Part shown: piece by piece, positions 14,593 through 27,135 of the stretch
How the letters are laid out: each line of letters opens with the position of its first letter
Position numbering within the stretch: the stretch's first letter is position 1
DNA from: Octopus vulgaris
Lineage: Eukaryota
Assembly: GCA_951406725.2 (NCBI GenBank)
Contig: OX597826.1
Span: 2,728,001-2,792,000 of the forward strand
Direction of reading: 5' to 3'
Length of the DNA stretch: 64,000 bases
Made by a program: the position numbers and the translations under genes
Notes under the pieces: model-generated
Seen by the model: only the letters and a program-made list of their open reading frames with translations
The model's database searches: none
Told to the model about the DNA's origin: nothing

Positions 14593-15819
14593 AACGGGAT
14601 TGTTTTCACGTCTCATCTAACAAATCCACTGACGGAGTTGTAGTAGAAATCATTTGCGAATGGTACCACGTAGTGACATGGTGTCTGAAACTCTCTGGTT
14701 GTGTGAATGTGTATATGGATGGATGGATGGATAGTTGGATAGCTGTATTCACACATACATATATATGCATACACATACACACACGCACATATAGTTAAGT
14801 ATTATTTAAAAGTCTCGGTTCCGTATTAAGCCGTAAATTTATGTCAAACAAACGTTGTGCGCCAACACAAAAGTAATTATCGACTGCTTTTTCTTTACCT
14901 CGTATTTTATTCCTGTCTAGGCACGTTATTACACAAGAATAATTCTATATTTCATTTCTTTATATCTCTCATTATATATACATAAGTATCCGTGCGCATA
15001 TATATGAACACACACACACACATAGATAGATATATCGAACCGCAAATTTGTCAAGGCCGTCCGGATTATGCATGTGCCGCTTGTCATATATATACAGTTT
15101 GCTGTGCTACAAAGACGTACGCGTACAAAAAGAAAAAAAAAATCTATTCTCCCACCTGTCGTTTTATTGTCATCAGTTGGCCCTAACACCTGTATGCAGA
15201 TGCAGTTTCATCTGTTTAGAAGTGCTAGTTCATCCAACCTGAAAGAGTTTCATATAGTCGAAAGTTCACCGTACGATAGAGTGGAAAATGATCTGATTTT
15301 TGATGATTGAATAAAAACTTGCATCCTGTTTTGTTTGAGTTATACACACGTACCCAAACACACACATAGACACACACACGCACACACGCACACACACATG
15401 TATGTATTTATTTAAGCATATATAATTATATATATATACATATATATATTGACAGATAGATAGATACATATACATACTTATATATATATACATATACATA
15501 TAGATACATGCACACACAAAAACACACACACATACACACACACACACACATATATATATATACACATACGCACACACGCACACCTGCTCACGGACATATT
15601 TACGGTATATATCTGTATATATATGTACCTATACATGTGTATATATGAGCGTGTGTATATCTGTCTGCCTGTCAATATATCTATCTATCTACCTATCTAT
15701 CTATATATATGTGCGTATATATAATGTATAAAATAATTGTGTAATGAACACATTTATTGCAGTAGTCAGCGATAATTACAAAGGCTGTAATACAAAAGCA
15801 ACGCTAGAATGGATTCCAA

Positions 15820-15995
<176 letters not shown>

Positions 15996-16761
15996 GCCAG
16001 CCAGAGAGTGGGAGAGACTAGTCAGATAGTGGGTGAGTGAAACAATGAAATGTGTCGAGCGGGAGGAAAAGGTTGAAAGATAAATTTTATGTATGTATAA
16101 TAAGCCTATTCATTTTGTCTTTATACATGCCTGACTGATTAAACGTCTATTGGATTATATCCCTCATTGACCATCGACTACAAATCATTCCCTTTTTTTT
16201 CACCTAACTTTGGGACCAAGTATCGTCTCCCAAACACATTTACTTCTCCCTCTCTCTCTCTCTCTCTCTTCCTCTTTGTCTATTTCTGTATCGGTCTGTC
16301 TGATTGCCTGCTTGTCTGTCTCTCTCTCTGTATCTTTAATACTCTCTAACTCTCCCCCCCCCCCCCACCATGCTATACATTTACTCCCCACACTCTCTCT
16401 CCCGCCCTCTATTTCTCACTCTATATGTATATATATATTTCTTTCTGTATACATTATTTATCGGCCATGATCATCTGATACTCTCCATCGTATCTCATAT
16501 CCACTCTCGTTTCTTTCAGTTATGAATATATATTTATGTATGCGTATAAAAGATACACAATCTCACACATGCGCGCGCGCACACGCATACACGCACATAT
16601 CCATATCCATACGCATTTACAAACACATATACAGACACAAGCACTTATGCAGGCTTTTACATGAACACATATTTTAGAAATACAAGTAGTAGTAGGTGTG
16701 ATGGTGATACTGGCGGCGTTAGCAGTAGTGTAGTGGTTCTAGTAGTAGCTGCAGTAGTAGT

Positions 16762-16965
16762 TTCTCCGTCCGGGCTGCGGATCCGTGGAACAAGCTGCCA
16801 GACGAGATGGTGAAGATGCCGACTACCGCTTTGTTCAAAGCCTCCCTGGACCTCAAGTGGCCTGAACTCTTTACATGAACACCACCCTGTACTTAACTCC
16901 ATGTCCCCCTACATGGCCTTGCTATTTGCTTTTGAGCCAAATTAACTAACTAACTAACTAACTAA
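16762..16965 (+). mobile_element. CR1/L2-group LINE, 5'-truncated 3' end with (AACT)n tail
   Basis: 16762-16878 reads FSVRAADPWNKLPDEMVKMPTTALFKASLDLKWPELFT* (FS.R...WN.LP...FK..LD motif); 3' UTR stem-loop ccatgt-ccccct-acatgg (16899-16916); (AACT)n tail. Confidence 0.85.
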
Positions 16966-16981
16966 CTACTACTACTACTAC

Positions 16982-17041
<60 letters not shown>

Positions 17042-17167
17042 TAATGGTTGTACTACTAAATAAACAATCTTCTTTTGCCACCTTCGTGAAAACATGAGCC
17101 GGGACGAAATTTCGAATGCGGAGGATACTCTGAGAGGGCAAAACTGTCGATTTTAGAGCTAGCAAAG

Positions 17168-17239
<72 letters not shown>

Positions 17240-17536
17240 TGCACACACATACGAAATAGTGATGAGAAGACAGGAAGCGAATGGGACGTATGTTATGGAA
17301 ATGGTATTAGAACAGCCATATTCAAGAAGCAGAGGCCATTGTTATAGCCGTAAAGCTCTGCATTACGGAGGCTTTCGTAGGTCTATAATGGAATTTGTGC
17401 TAACCTGTCAGGTGGACCATTTCTGGATGTGTTCTAGAGTGATTGCGTGTACACCGGCAGTGAGGTTTCGAATGTGAGTGTAATATTGGTTAAGATACTT
17501 CAGAGCATCTTAGATAAGCAACAATTGTATTGTTTG

Positions 17537-17985
17537 CTAAGGTGGCGAGCTGGCAGAAAGGTTTACACGCCAGGCGGAAAGCTAAGCGGTATTTCGTCTG
17601 CCGTAACGTTCTGGGTTCAAATTCCGCCGTGGTCGACTTTGCCTTTCATCCTTTCGGGGTCGAGTAAATAAGTACCAGTTACGCACTGGGGTCGATTTAA
17701 TCGACTTAATCCCTTTGTCTGTCCTTGTTTGTCCTATCTGTGTTTAGCCCCTTGTGGGTAGTAAAGAAATAGGTATTTCGTCTGCCGCTACGTTCTGAGT
17801 TCAAATTCCGCCCAGGTCGTCTTTGCTTTTCATCCATTCGGGATAGATAAATTAAGTACCAGTTACGCACTGTGTTAGACTTAATCCCTTTGTCTGTCTT
17901 TATTTGCCCGCCTATATTTATCCCCCTGTGGTCAATAAAGAAATCAGAAACCTTAGCACGCCGAGCAAAATGCTTAGCGGTAATT
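17537..17985 (+). mobile_element. SINE family B (Meta/MESC-like core), multi-unit copy
   Basis: ggtggcgagctggcagaa head; gcctttcatcctttcggggtcga core present twice; many homologs in the window. Confidence 0.88.
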
Positions 17986-18113
17986 CATGGTGGCATGTAT
18001 AGCGTCAGTCCAAATAGATGAGAATGTTGGTATTAAATGATTTTAAGAAGAATCTTCAACAGGTGCAAAGTCTGACGGCCGTTTCGAGGATATATAGGTT
18101 GGTATGGGTGAGT

Positions 18114-18310
<197 letters not shown>

Positions 18311-18524
18311 CAATAATAACAAAGAGTAAAATTAATTAATTAACTAGTAATCAATAATTTCCCCAAGTAAAATTCGGCATGAAAAAGGACCATTTCACGG
18401 TAAACTTAAGTAATACTTTACAATTAGGGTAAATAGTAGAGGAAATAGCTAAGGTTCTTTGGCTGCTATTTCTAAACTTCGATATGTCGTAAAGGAAATC
18501 TTTGCTGAACCCTAATTATAACGT

Positions 18525-18584
<60 letters not shown>

Positions 18585-19080
18585 GTGGCTTATTAACAAT
18601 TTAACAATCTAAATGCAAATTTATATACGTCACTAAAATGACGTGGTAGAGGAGGGGAAGATTTGAAGAAGGTTGAAGGACTAAGGAATAGGCGAGAGGG
18701 GAAAGAAATCAGAGGGACCAAATAATGAGAGAAGGGATCACAGAATGTGAGGGAGGGAGAGAGAGAGAGAGAGAGTGAGAGAAAAAGGTACAAGGGAGAT
18801 GAGGAAGGGGAGCAAAAGAAATTGAATGATAAGAGGGAGGGGGGAAGTAGTACCAACAATACATTCGCCACAGAAGCACTATGTTAATGACTGCACTGAA
18901 TTCTTAGCATCTGTTCTGTTTTTTTCCTTTTCACAGTTTGGGAAGATTCCCACATATACGGAAACTCTAACATATGTATACATTTGTATATACAGTTATG
19001 ACATACACACATATATATATATATATGTATGTATAGTTTTCCATATAATATAGATAGAAAGAAATGTGTTTGTATGTATG

Positions 19081-19118
<38 letters not shown>

Positions 19119-19163
19119 GAAAAGGAATACACGAGTTGATATGTATAAGCAAATATATATATA

Positions 19164-19223
<60 letters not shown>

Positions 19224-19927
19224 GATTTATATATATATAATGCATGGATTTACATATACATATATACATACATACATATATGCTTATATGCATGCCGTTA
19301 TATATTCACACATCCACATATGCACGTGAGTGTATATGTCTTCACATATACATATACAAACGTGTTTTGGCGAATCCGAATATTATTCTCGGTCAACGCT
19401 TATTAATACCCCCTTAGGTCAGTTCAAAAGATGTATAAATGAACAAATTAAGTAGGGGATGGGATAATAAGGAAAGAAGCATCAAAGCTAATTAGATCAA
19501 GAAAATCTAGAGAAATTGTACGGAAAAAAAGCATAGCACCACCATAAAATACTAAAACAAAATCCTAATCTATGATAAAAAGCTTGTATCATTAAGCATT
19601 TTAATTCGGCATCGTTCGGATATCCGGTCTGTCTTAATGGCCGAAATTTCCTGTCTTTAATTAATCAATAGAAAATTGGGTTCTGTCTGTTTAGACTCTT
19701 TATTATGTTTCTGAACCGCTGATCTAGAGTTTATACAAGTGGTAAATTAGAAAGAGAAGAATATGTCAGAAGTATGATGCAATATTTCACTCGGAGAATG
19801 CATACATAAAAACATACATACACACATACACATATGCACATGTGCGTTTCTGCATGTGTATTTAGTAGAATGACAAGTAATGAGACATTTATTTAATTAA
19901 TATATTTATATATATGTAATGTGTATG

Positions 19928-20102
<175 letters not shown>

Positions 20103-20221
20103 GCATACATACATATGGATATACATTTTACTCTTTTACTTGTTCCAGTCACTGGAGTGCAGCCATACTGGAGCACCGTTTTAAAGGGGTTTTTTAGTTG
20201 ACAAAAATCGATTCCAGAAAA

Positions 20222-20551
20222 ATGTGGCATCTGAAAACGGGAACTGTTCCTGTTATTGTAGGTGCCCCAGTTTGATAAGCAAAAGGGATGTCAGAAACAT
20301 CTAGATAAGATCCCAGGAGAACCATGTCTTAAAGATATCCAAAAACTTCCACTGACAAGTACTGCTCACATCCTTAGAAAAACCCTATCCATTTAAATGT
20401 CTGTGGTGCATTACATGAAGTTATGTTGCTACTTACCCTCCCCAAGATTTCAGTCAAACTGTAACAGCTCTTAACCTCCATCCGACCCAGCACACTGAGT
20501 GTGTCTCGGCAAGTGAATGTAACAAACACAGATTAAAAGTAAGGTAAGAAA

Positions 20552-20612
<61 letters not shown>
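20222..20612 (+). mobile_element. R4/Dong-type (RLE) non-LTR retrotransposon 3' end with (TAA)n tail
   Basis: [15 protein letters not shown] / [36 protein letters not shown] (frameshifted) is the characteristic R4/Dong C-terminus; a short 3' UTR is followed by (TAA)n. Confidence 0.8.
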
Positions 20613-20616
<4 letters not shown>

Positions 20617-20647
20617 TGATGATGATGATGATAACAACAACAACAAC

Positions 20648-20681
<34 letters not shown>

Positions 20682-21284
20682 CAGTATCACATGCCCTGAT
20701 GCAGTACCAGGCAGTGGCTCTCATGGCTTCTGATCTTAACTGATTGGAAGTTTTATCATGTACATTGTATTGTCTTTGTATAAAAGATAGGCTACAGCAA
20801 ATATTCTGCTCAATACCACAGATTTGCTTGTCAGTTGTTTGACCTTAACCAGTTGAGCATGTCCCTTAGTGGCTGACGATATGTGCATCGCTGATCACGA
20901 GCTCGATGAGAGACATATAGATGGTCTGGAAGAAGAGATTAAAACTAAGAGTGACATGACAGAAAAGGGTGACGTATCAAGAAAAAGAAATATAATGGGA
21001 GTAACAAAAGAAAAGATCCATGGTGGGAAAGAAGAATATAAGCGGGGTCCAAACAAGTCCTGCCCTTGATAACTGGTTAGATAGACAAAGGAAAAATGTG
21101 TGGGGGATTGTTTTACGAACATATAACATTTATCTACATCAAATTTTCATATGAAAAATGGCCTCCGCAAAGTTAGGCTACGAGACGATAGAGAAAAATG
21201 TTAAAATGAAAATAACATACGATCAGAAGACATAGGTACATTATTTACATTCGACGGATATTTGTAACCATCTTGCTTGTTGTT

Positions 21285-21330
21285 AACACAAATTTTCGGC
21301 TGATATACCTTCCAGCCTTCTTCAGGTGTC
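21285..21330 (-). ncRNA. Minimal type-I hammerhead ribozyme fold in a TSD-flanked 126-bp insert
   Basis: Minus strand gacac-CTGAAGA-a ggctg gaaggtatat cagcc-GAA-aatt-T-gtgtt; 13-bp direct repeat agaagacataggt at 21225-21237 and 21364-21376. Confidence 0.75.
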
Positions 21331-22361
21331 TTGGGAAAATTCCTCATCTCTTAAATATAGAATAGAAGACATAGGTGATTTAGCAATACGAATCAAATGA
21401 AGAATTTACTGAAGAATTAACCGAAGAAAACGCCCCTAACAAGTTATCATGAAGATAACTCAAACAATAACACTAGCAATAATATCTCTTGCTCAATTTC
21501 AAATACAGTCCTTCGTTCATATGGCAGCAGTTGTGTGAAGGCAAACGATCCTTTAATGCAAAGTGAAAACACGGTTACTTTAGGGTTTCTTACGATTAAC
21601 AGAAAACGATGTAAGTGGGAGGATTTCGTAGATCGAAACATCATTTCCTTGTCACTGTATTCAAAGCAGGAGACGACAAGAAAAAATGAAAAAAATCACG
21701 TATTCGTGCCTATCAACGGGGGAAACGAATTACGTCTTCCCTCGGGATGTGCTGGAATAATTATTATGCGTTCGTAGTTCAAATTGTATTGCGGTCACCT
21801 TTGCCTTTCATTCATTCGGGGGTCGGTCGATTAAATAAAGCCCCATCCATTCAAAATTATTGGACTTGTAAAAAACCTAGAAACAATTAAAATTATTATT
21901 GTCATTATTCATGTCACAATTACCATCATCCCAATCTTCATCATCATCATCGTCGCCGTCGTCATCATCATCATCATCTTCATCATCATCATCATCATCA
22001 TCATCATCGTGAACAGCAGTAGTATTATCTCAGGAAGTTTATCCTTTGTCCTTTATCCCTCTAGAAATCAATACCGGATATGCAAAAAATTCGATCGACT
22101 TTTACCTCTCTCAGACACTGTGGACTTGTGTCATATTCAGAGGCATCATTTTTATTACCATAAATATCATAATTACATTCATTAACTTCACCGTCATTAT
22201 GCTCATCAATATATTTAATATTAATAAAGATAATTTATTTTGCTGGTTATCACTTCCGAAGATTTGGCGAGGAGAGGGCTGAGGCAAACTGCTTAGGAAA
22301 CAACAAGCATTAAATGCATGGGGAATCTACATCGAAAGGAAGAAATACTCCTAAAAAGCAT

Positions 22362-22798
22362 TCTCTCTTTACTTGTTCCAGTCATTTGACTGCGGCCATG
22401 CTGGAGCACCAGCCTTAGTCGACGAAACCGTCCCCAGGACTTATTCTTTGTAAGCCTAGTACTTATTCTATAGGTCTCTTTTACCGAACCGCTAAGTTAT
22501 AGGGTCGTAAATCAACCAGCATCGGTTGTCAAGTGACAAACACAGACACACAAACATATACATATATTTATATAGTTAATCCAAACAAGAAAGCACAAAA
22601 AAACACAACAACGCGAGGACGTGGAACAAATATAGTATTATTGGACGCTCAGGAAAGAAGGAAATAATGAGGGTTTAACGTTTCGAGCGGAGGTCTTCGT
22701 CGGAAACATAGGAGAAGGAAAGATCCAGAGAAGGGAAGACAGAGGAAAAAAATCGCCAACGGTACACACGCGGTCACATTTATATATGCATACATACA

Positions 22799-22883
<85 letters not shown>

Positions 22884-23020
22884 AGCTTCTTTCAGTTTCC
22901 GTCTAACAAATCCTCTCACAAGGCTTTGGTCAGCCCGAGGCTATAGTAGAAGACACATTCCCAAGGTGCCACGCAGTGGGACTGAATCCGGAACCATGTG
23001 GTTCGTTAGCAAGCTACTTT
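22362..23020 (-). mobile_element. SINE family A interrupted by a Penelope-terminal unit
   Basis: 3' half at 22362-22565, 5' half at 22880-23020; foreign segment about 22573-22780 lies in the internal microsatellite. Confidence 0.85.
22673..22707 (-). ncRNA. Minimal hammerhead fold (C4 variant) in a Penelope-terminal unit
   Basis: Minus strand gttt-CCGACGA-a gacc tcc gctc-GAA-acgt-T-aaac; stem I gttt/aaac, palindromic stem III acgt, GUU triplet, one mismatch in stem II. Confidence 0.65.
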
Positions 23021-23193
23021 ATTTCATTAAGATTTGCCATAAAGACATTACAAAGAGTAGCTTGCGGGCTGGACATGTACATTGATGAGGCGAATGATGA
23101 AACAAGGATGATAATGATGAGAGAAGGCAGAAAACGTCCGCCGATTTTCTGCTTCTCTAAAACATTGTTCATTTTTTCCATCAAAAACGACAA

Positions 23194-24345
23194 TTATTGG
23201 ACTTAATTGTCCATTACAAATATATATATTAAATATATATTCAATATATACACAATCTATAAGATCAATCCTCCTCATCGGAGCCCCGAAGCAAATGACA
23301 CGCCGCCTGCAGGAAACCAGCATCGGCAGATCAGGGCCCGGAAAGAGGAAAGCGAAATCTTCCTTATTACAGGACACTATGACCTCGAACCGCTCCTTGT
23401 GACTCACGACGTCCGCAGCAACCTCCGGAGGCCAGTCTGGACAGTCTATACAAACCAAGTCCAATCGTTCTCGGCCTGGAAAACCGCCCAAGCACTTCTC
23501 GATAGGCCTTCCCCTGGGATAGAAAACGACGGGTTTCACGTCCTGCTCACGGGGAGGGGTCTCAGCCCGCTCTGTCAGTGTCACAATTCCCACTGACAGA
23601 GCTTCTCGCTCCGGTGGCACACCTTCCACCGGAGGACGGCGGCACATTGATATCCGCCGACTGTCTCCCGTTTCTCTTCCTTCTCTTTTTCTTTCTTACG
23701 CGTGCGGGAGTCGGAGCCCCCACCGGCACACCCGGGGGCGGGTCCTCCTCCTCTCCCGCAGCCTGCGCGTCTGTTGGTGAACAACTATTGTTGCTCACCT
23801 TTTTTGTCCTTCTCGTTGAGGCCGATGCCTCAACGACTTCCGCCGTTTCTCTCTGTAATGGGAGGGCGGACCTTACCACGGCCCCTGGGGCAGTCCTTCT
23901 TAATGTGGCCTGACTCCAGGCACGAGTGACACATGGGTGGGGGCAACCCTCAAGTATCACTGGATACCTTGAGTCATCCATTTTTAAGATGTCAGGGAAA
24001 GTAATTTCACCCGCGGGCACTGGAGTCCATAGGGTCAAAGTTACCTTTGCACCCTCCCAGTCGACCGCAGGCTTTATCTCTATATTTAAAAGCCTGGGCC
24101 CGCTATCCCCCAGGCCCCGCCGGATGGCATCTGCAATCCACCCCGCTTCGGTGCCCGGGGGGAGACCACATACCCAGGCCCTTATCACCTTCTTCCCACG
24201 ATATGTGGGAAGAAACAAAATCTCCTCCCCTTCCAGGTGCTGGCCTGCCACAGTGCAAGCCTCCTCAAGAGTGTGAAAAAGTAGGCATACCGTGGCGTAT
24301 TTGACATCCTGGTTACATAATAATTTTTGGCTGGCAAACATTTTG
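23194..24345 (-). mobile_element. GC-rich non-LTR ORF1-like pseudogene with CCHC zinc knuckle (Tx1/L1-like), no ORF2 seen
   Basis: ORF 23562-24341 has an RRM-like region; a shifted frame at 23931-23890 reads CHSCLESGHIKKDC (CX2CX4HX4C) right after VILEG; basic KKKKRRKR stretch; 3' hairpin tggac-aattaa-gtcca plus AATAA. Confidence 0.75.
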
Positions 24346-25559
24346 CTAGCTCTTTATTACCCTTGTATTATTAATAGCCTTGTATTATTAACTTTATTAA
24401 CTTTAATACCCTTGTATTATTAATAGCCTGCCAACTTCATTTGCATAAATCATTAATCCTCTCTGCTACAGGCACAAGGCCTGAAATTTGCAGGAGTGGT
24501 GGTGGTAGGGGGTCATCGCTTACATCGACCCAGAGTTCTCGACTCCGAAAAGAGGGAAAGCAAAGTCGACGTCGGTGAAATTTGAACTCAGAACGTATAG
24601 CCAGACGAAATGTTGCGAAGCATCTTACCCGGCGTTCCAACGATTTGTAAAGATAAATAATAATTAATGAAGCAAACAGAGACGGACCTCTGTTCTATCT
24701 TCTGAATAAACTGCATATGAATTAACGAGCAAGTGGTTGAATATTCCATAGACATGTGGAATCCATAACGTAATTCTCCTCTAGAATCAAATTGGCATAT
24801 TGTGTACAAGGCGGAATCATTTGAATCAGGGGTGAAGTTCACCCGTCTCTCATCAATACAGTTACTATGTGCAACATTCCACTCAGAATAATAAATGATA
24901 CCTACCCAAGGTTCCAAGTAGTTGTATCAGACCCGCATCGTCTGGATTCGGATCGAACTTCTTAACTGTTCGTCCATACAGCGGTTACACATTCACAATA
25001 CAGAACAAAGTTGGACTAAAAGAAGTGTATCACGAAAATGTGGGGTCAACTACATGATGATACCGACAACCCGCATTCATGACTTCAGTTAATCCGCGCA
25101 CACCATAAGAAAATGACAGATCTGTTTGTTCCTGCTGGCCGACAGTCGTACAGTTACTCTTGAGCAGTTTTAGTAACCTATATTAGCTCTTCTGGATATT
25201 TCTATGCTGTGAGGAACGGGAAAGACATGACGACTTAGGCAGAACCTTTCACACCACTTCTTATTTTATTTATTATCGTTCTTCTTTTACTGATTTAACA
25301 AGAGACGCAACACTAAGAAACTTCTTGTCGGTTCTTTCAGCTCCCCTTATCTAGCTTTCATAAGACTCAATGGAGGGTATCACAATCCTATCTAGTTTTA
25401 TTTCTCTGTTGCTGAATAAGTTTATGGGGGCGAGGTAAGGTTTTTATATACAAGATTTGTACTCATTTTGATTTATATTTGCATGAGCATTTATCGTATT
25501 TATTTGTATATAAGGCAGTCCCAACTCCAAATACCAGCGTTGTTATCATGCTAGCTATA

Positions 25560-25790
25560 CCTATTTCTTGACTACCCACAAGGGGCTAAACACAGAGAGG
25601 ACAAACAAGGACAGACAAACGGATTAAGTCGATTATATCGACCCCAGTGCGTAACTGTTGCTTATTTAATCGACCCCGAAAGGATGAATGGCAAAGTCGA
25701 CCTCGGCGGAATATAAACTCTGAACGTAGTAGCAGACGAAATACCGCTAAGCATTTTGCCCGAAGTGCTAACGATTCTGCCAGCTCGCCA
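25560..25790 (-). mobile_element. SINE family B inserted in a Penelope relic
   Basis: Reverse complement of the 17537 head/core. Confidence 0.88.
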
Positions 25791-26290
25791 CTACACCATG
25801 AGTATTACTGTTACTACAAATTGGTCGAAGTTGATGTTTATCGATGCGGTTTACATCTCTTTTGTTGGTATTTAGATGCAAATGTTTGCTAGATCTAGTA
25901 GGTGGATTAGTGAACCTTTGCCGCATGTAGCTATTGTTTATACGATGCATAAGCTGCTCTAAATTTGTAGAGTTGTCGTAGGATACCTTCACGGTGTGTC
26001 GATTAAAAATAGTATGATACTGATTAGATTTAGGCAAGCACTTGTCCAAAGCGGCAAAATATTTTCCAGCGATCCTTGATGAAACATTCAAACTGAAAAT
26101 TGGGTTGAACCAGCGGACATCCTTATTCCTATATCTGTTGTTAGGTTTATTTGATCGAGTTTGTTGTACAGGATTGGAACAAGCAGTTGAATTACTATAT
26201 CGCATGTGTCTATGGGTTTTCGTTGGTAGTTCATTCACATGACCAAATGAAAACAAATCTTGTATATTAAAGGTAAGGTTTTAAATGTTG
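25791..26290 (-). mobile_element. Decayed Penelope-like linker region
   Basis: ORF 25768-26256 RNKDVRWFNPIFSLNV...HTIFNRHTVKVSY matches the PLE 'WFNPP.S.NV...IFNRNT.KVSY' linker; probably continues past the SINE to about 24900. Confidence 0.75.
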
Positions 26291-26723
26291 GATTTGTTTC
26301 TATGGTAGTTCCGCCAATCAACCGAATCTATTGTGAGAATCGACCGGAAATGGTAGATACTTTTACTCTGCCGAGTGGCTTTGAAGGAGGATATCGTGCG
26401 GTCGACAAAACTGAAACTCAAGCCAACAATAGTTAATTCGAGATCAACTTGAAGAGGAAAATGAGACTGGAATGGAAGTTGATGATCGCCGGTGAAATTT
26501 GCGAAAGGCTGAGAATATTGCTAAGAACTGCATTTGTCAGACTAGATGAATATCAGAGCGCAGTATAGAAAAAATGTGATGGGGAGTGGGTTGGTATATA
26601 CACGTGGTAATCAGCAATAATTCTGGACCAGTGAAGTACCTTGATTTAATTTCTAGTATGGTGTCACGTTTCGAAATTGTTGCTCATTTTTTGCTAGTTT
26701 GCATAAGTTTGTATAATCACACA

Positions 26724-27135
26724 TTTCTTCTTCTTCTTCTTCTTCTTCTTCTTCTTCTTCTTCTTCTTCTTCTTCTTCTTCTTCTTCTTCTTCTTCTTCT
26801 TCTTCTTCTTCTTCTTCTTCTTCTTCTTCTTCTTCTTCTTCTTCTTTCTTCTTCTTCTTCTTCTTCTTCTTCTTCTCCTCCTTCTTCTTCATCTTCATCT
26901 CCTCCTTCTCCTTCTTCTTCATCTTCATCTCCTTCTCCTTCTTCTTCTTCTTCTTCTTCTTCATCTTCATCTCCTTCTTCTTCTTCTTCTTCTTCTTCTT
27001 CTTCTTCGTCTTCATCTTCATCTTCATCTCCTCCTCCTCCTCCTCGTCCTTCTTCTTCTTCTTCTTCTTCTTCTTCTTCTTCTCCTCGTCCCTTAGTAGT
27101 AATAGTAGTAGTAGTAGCAGCAGCAGCAGCAGCAG
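26724..27135 (+). repeat. Long (TTC)n/(TCC)n polypyrimidine repeat followed by (GTA)/(GCA)
   Basis: Directly visible; about 360 bp of near-pure pyrimidine strand. Confidence 0.98.

Noticed and set aside
17342-17390. Imperfect hairpin, possible pre-miRNA
   Set aside because: Too short with bulges, and no recognisable mature miRNA sequence.
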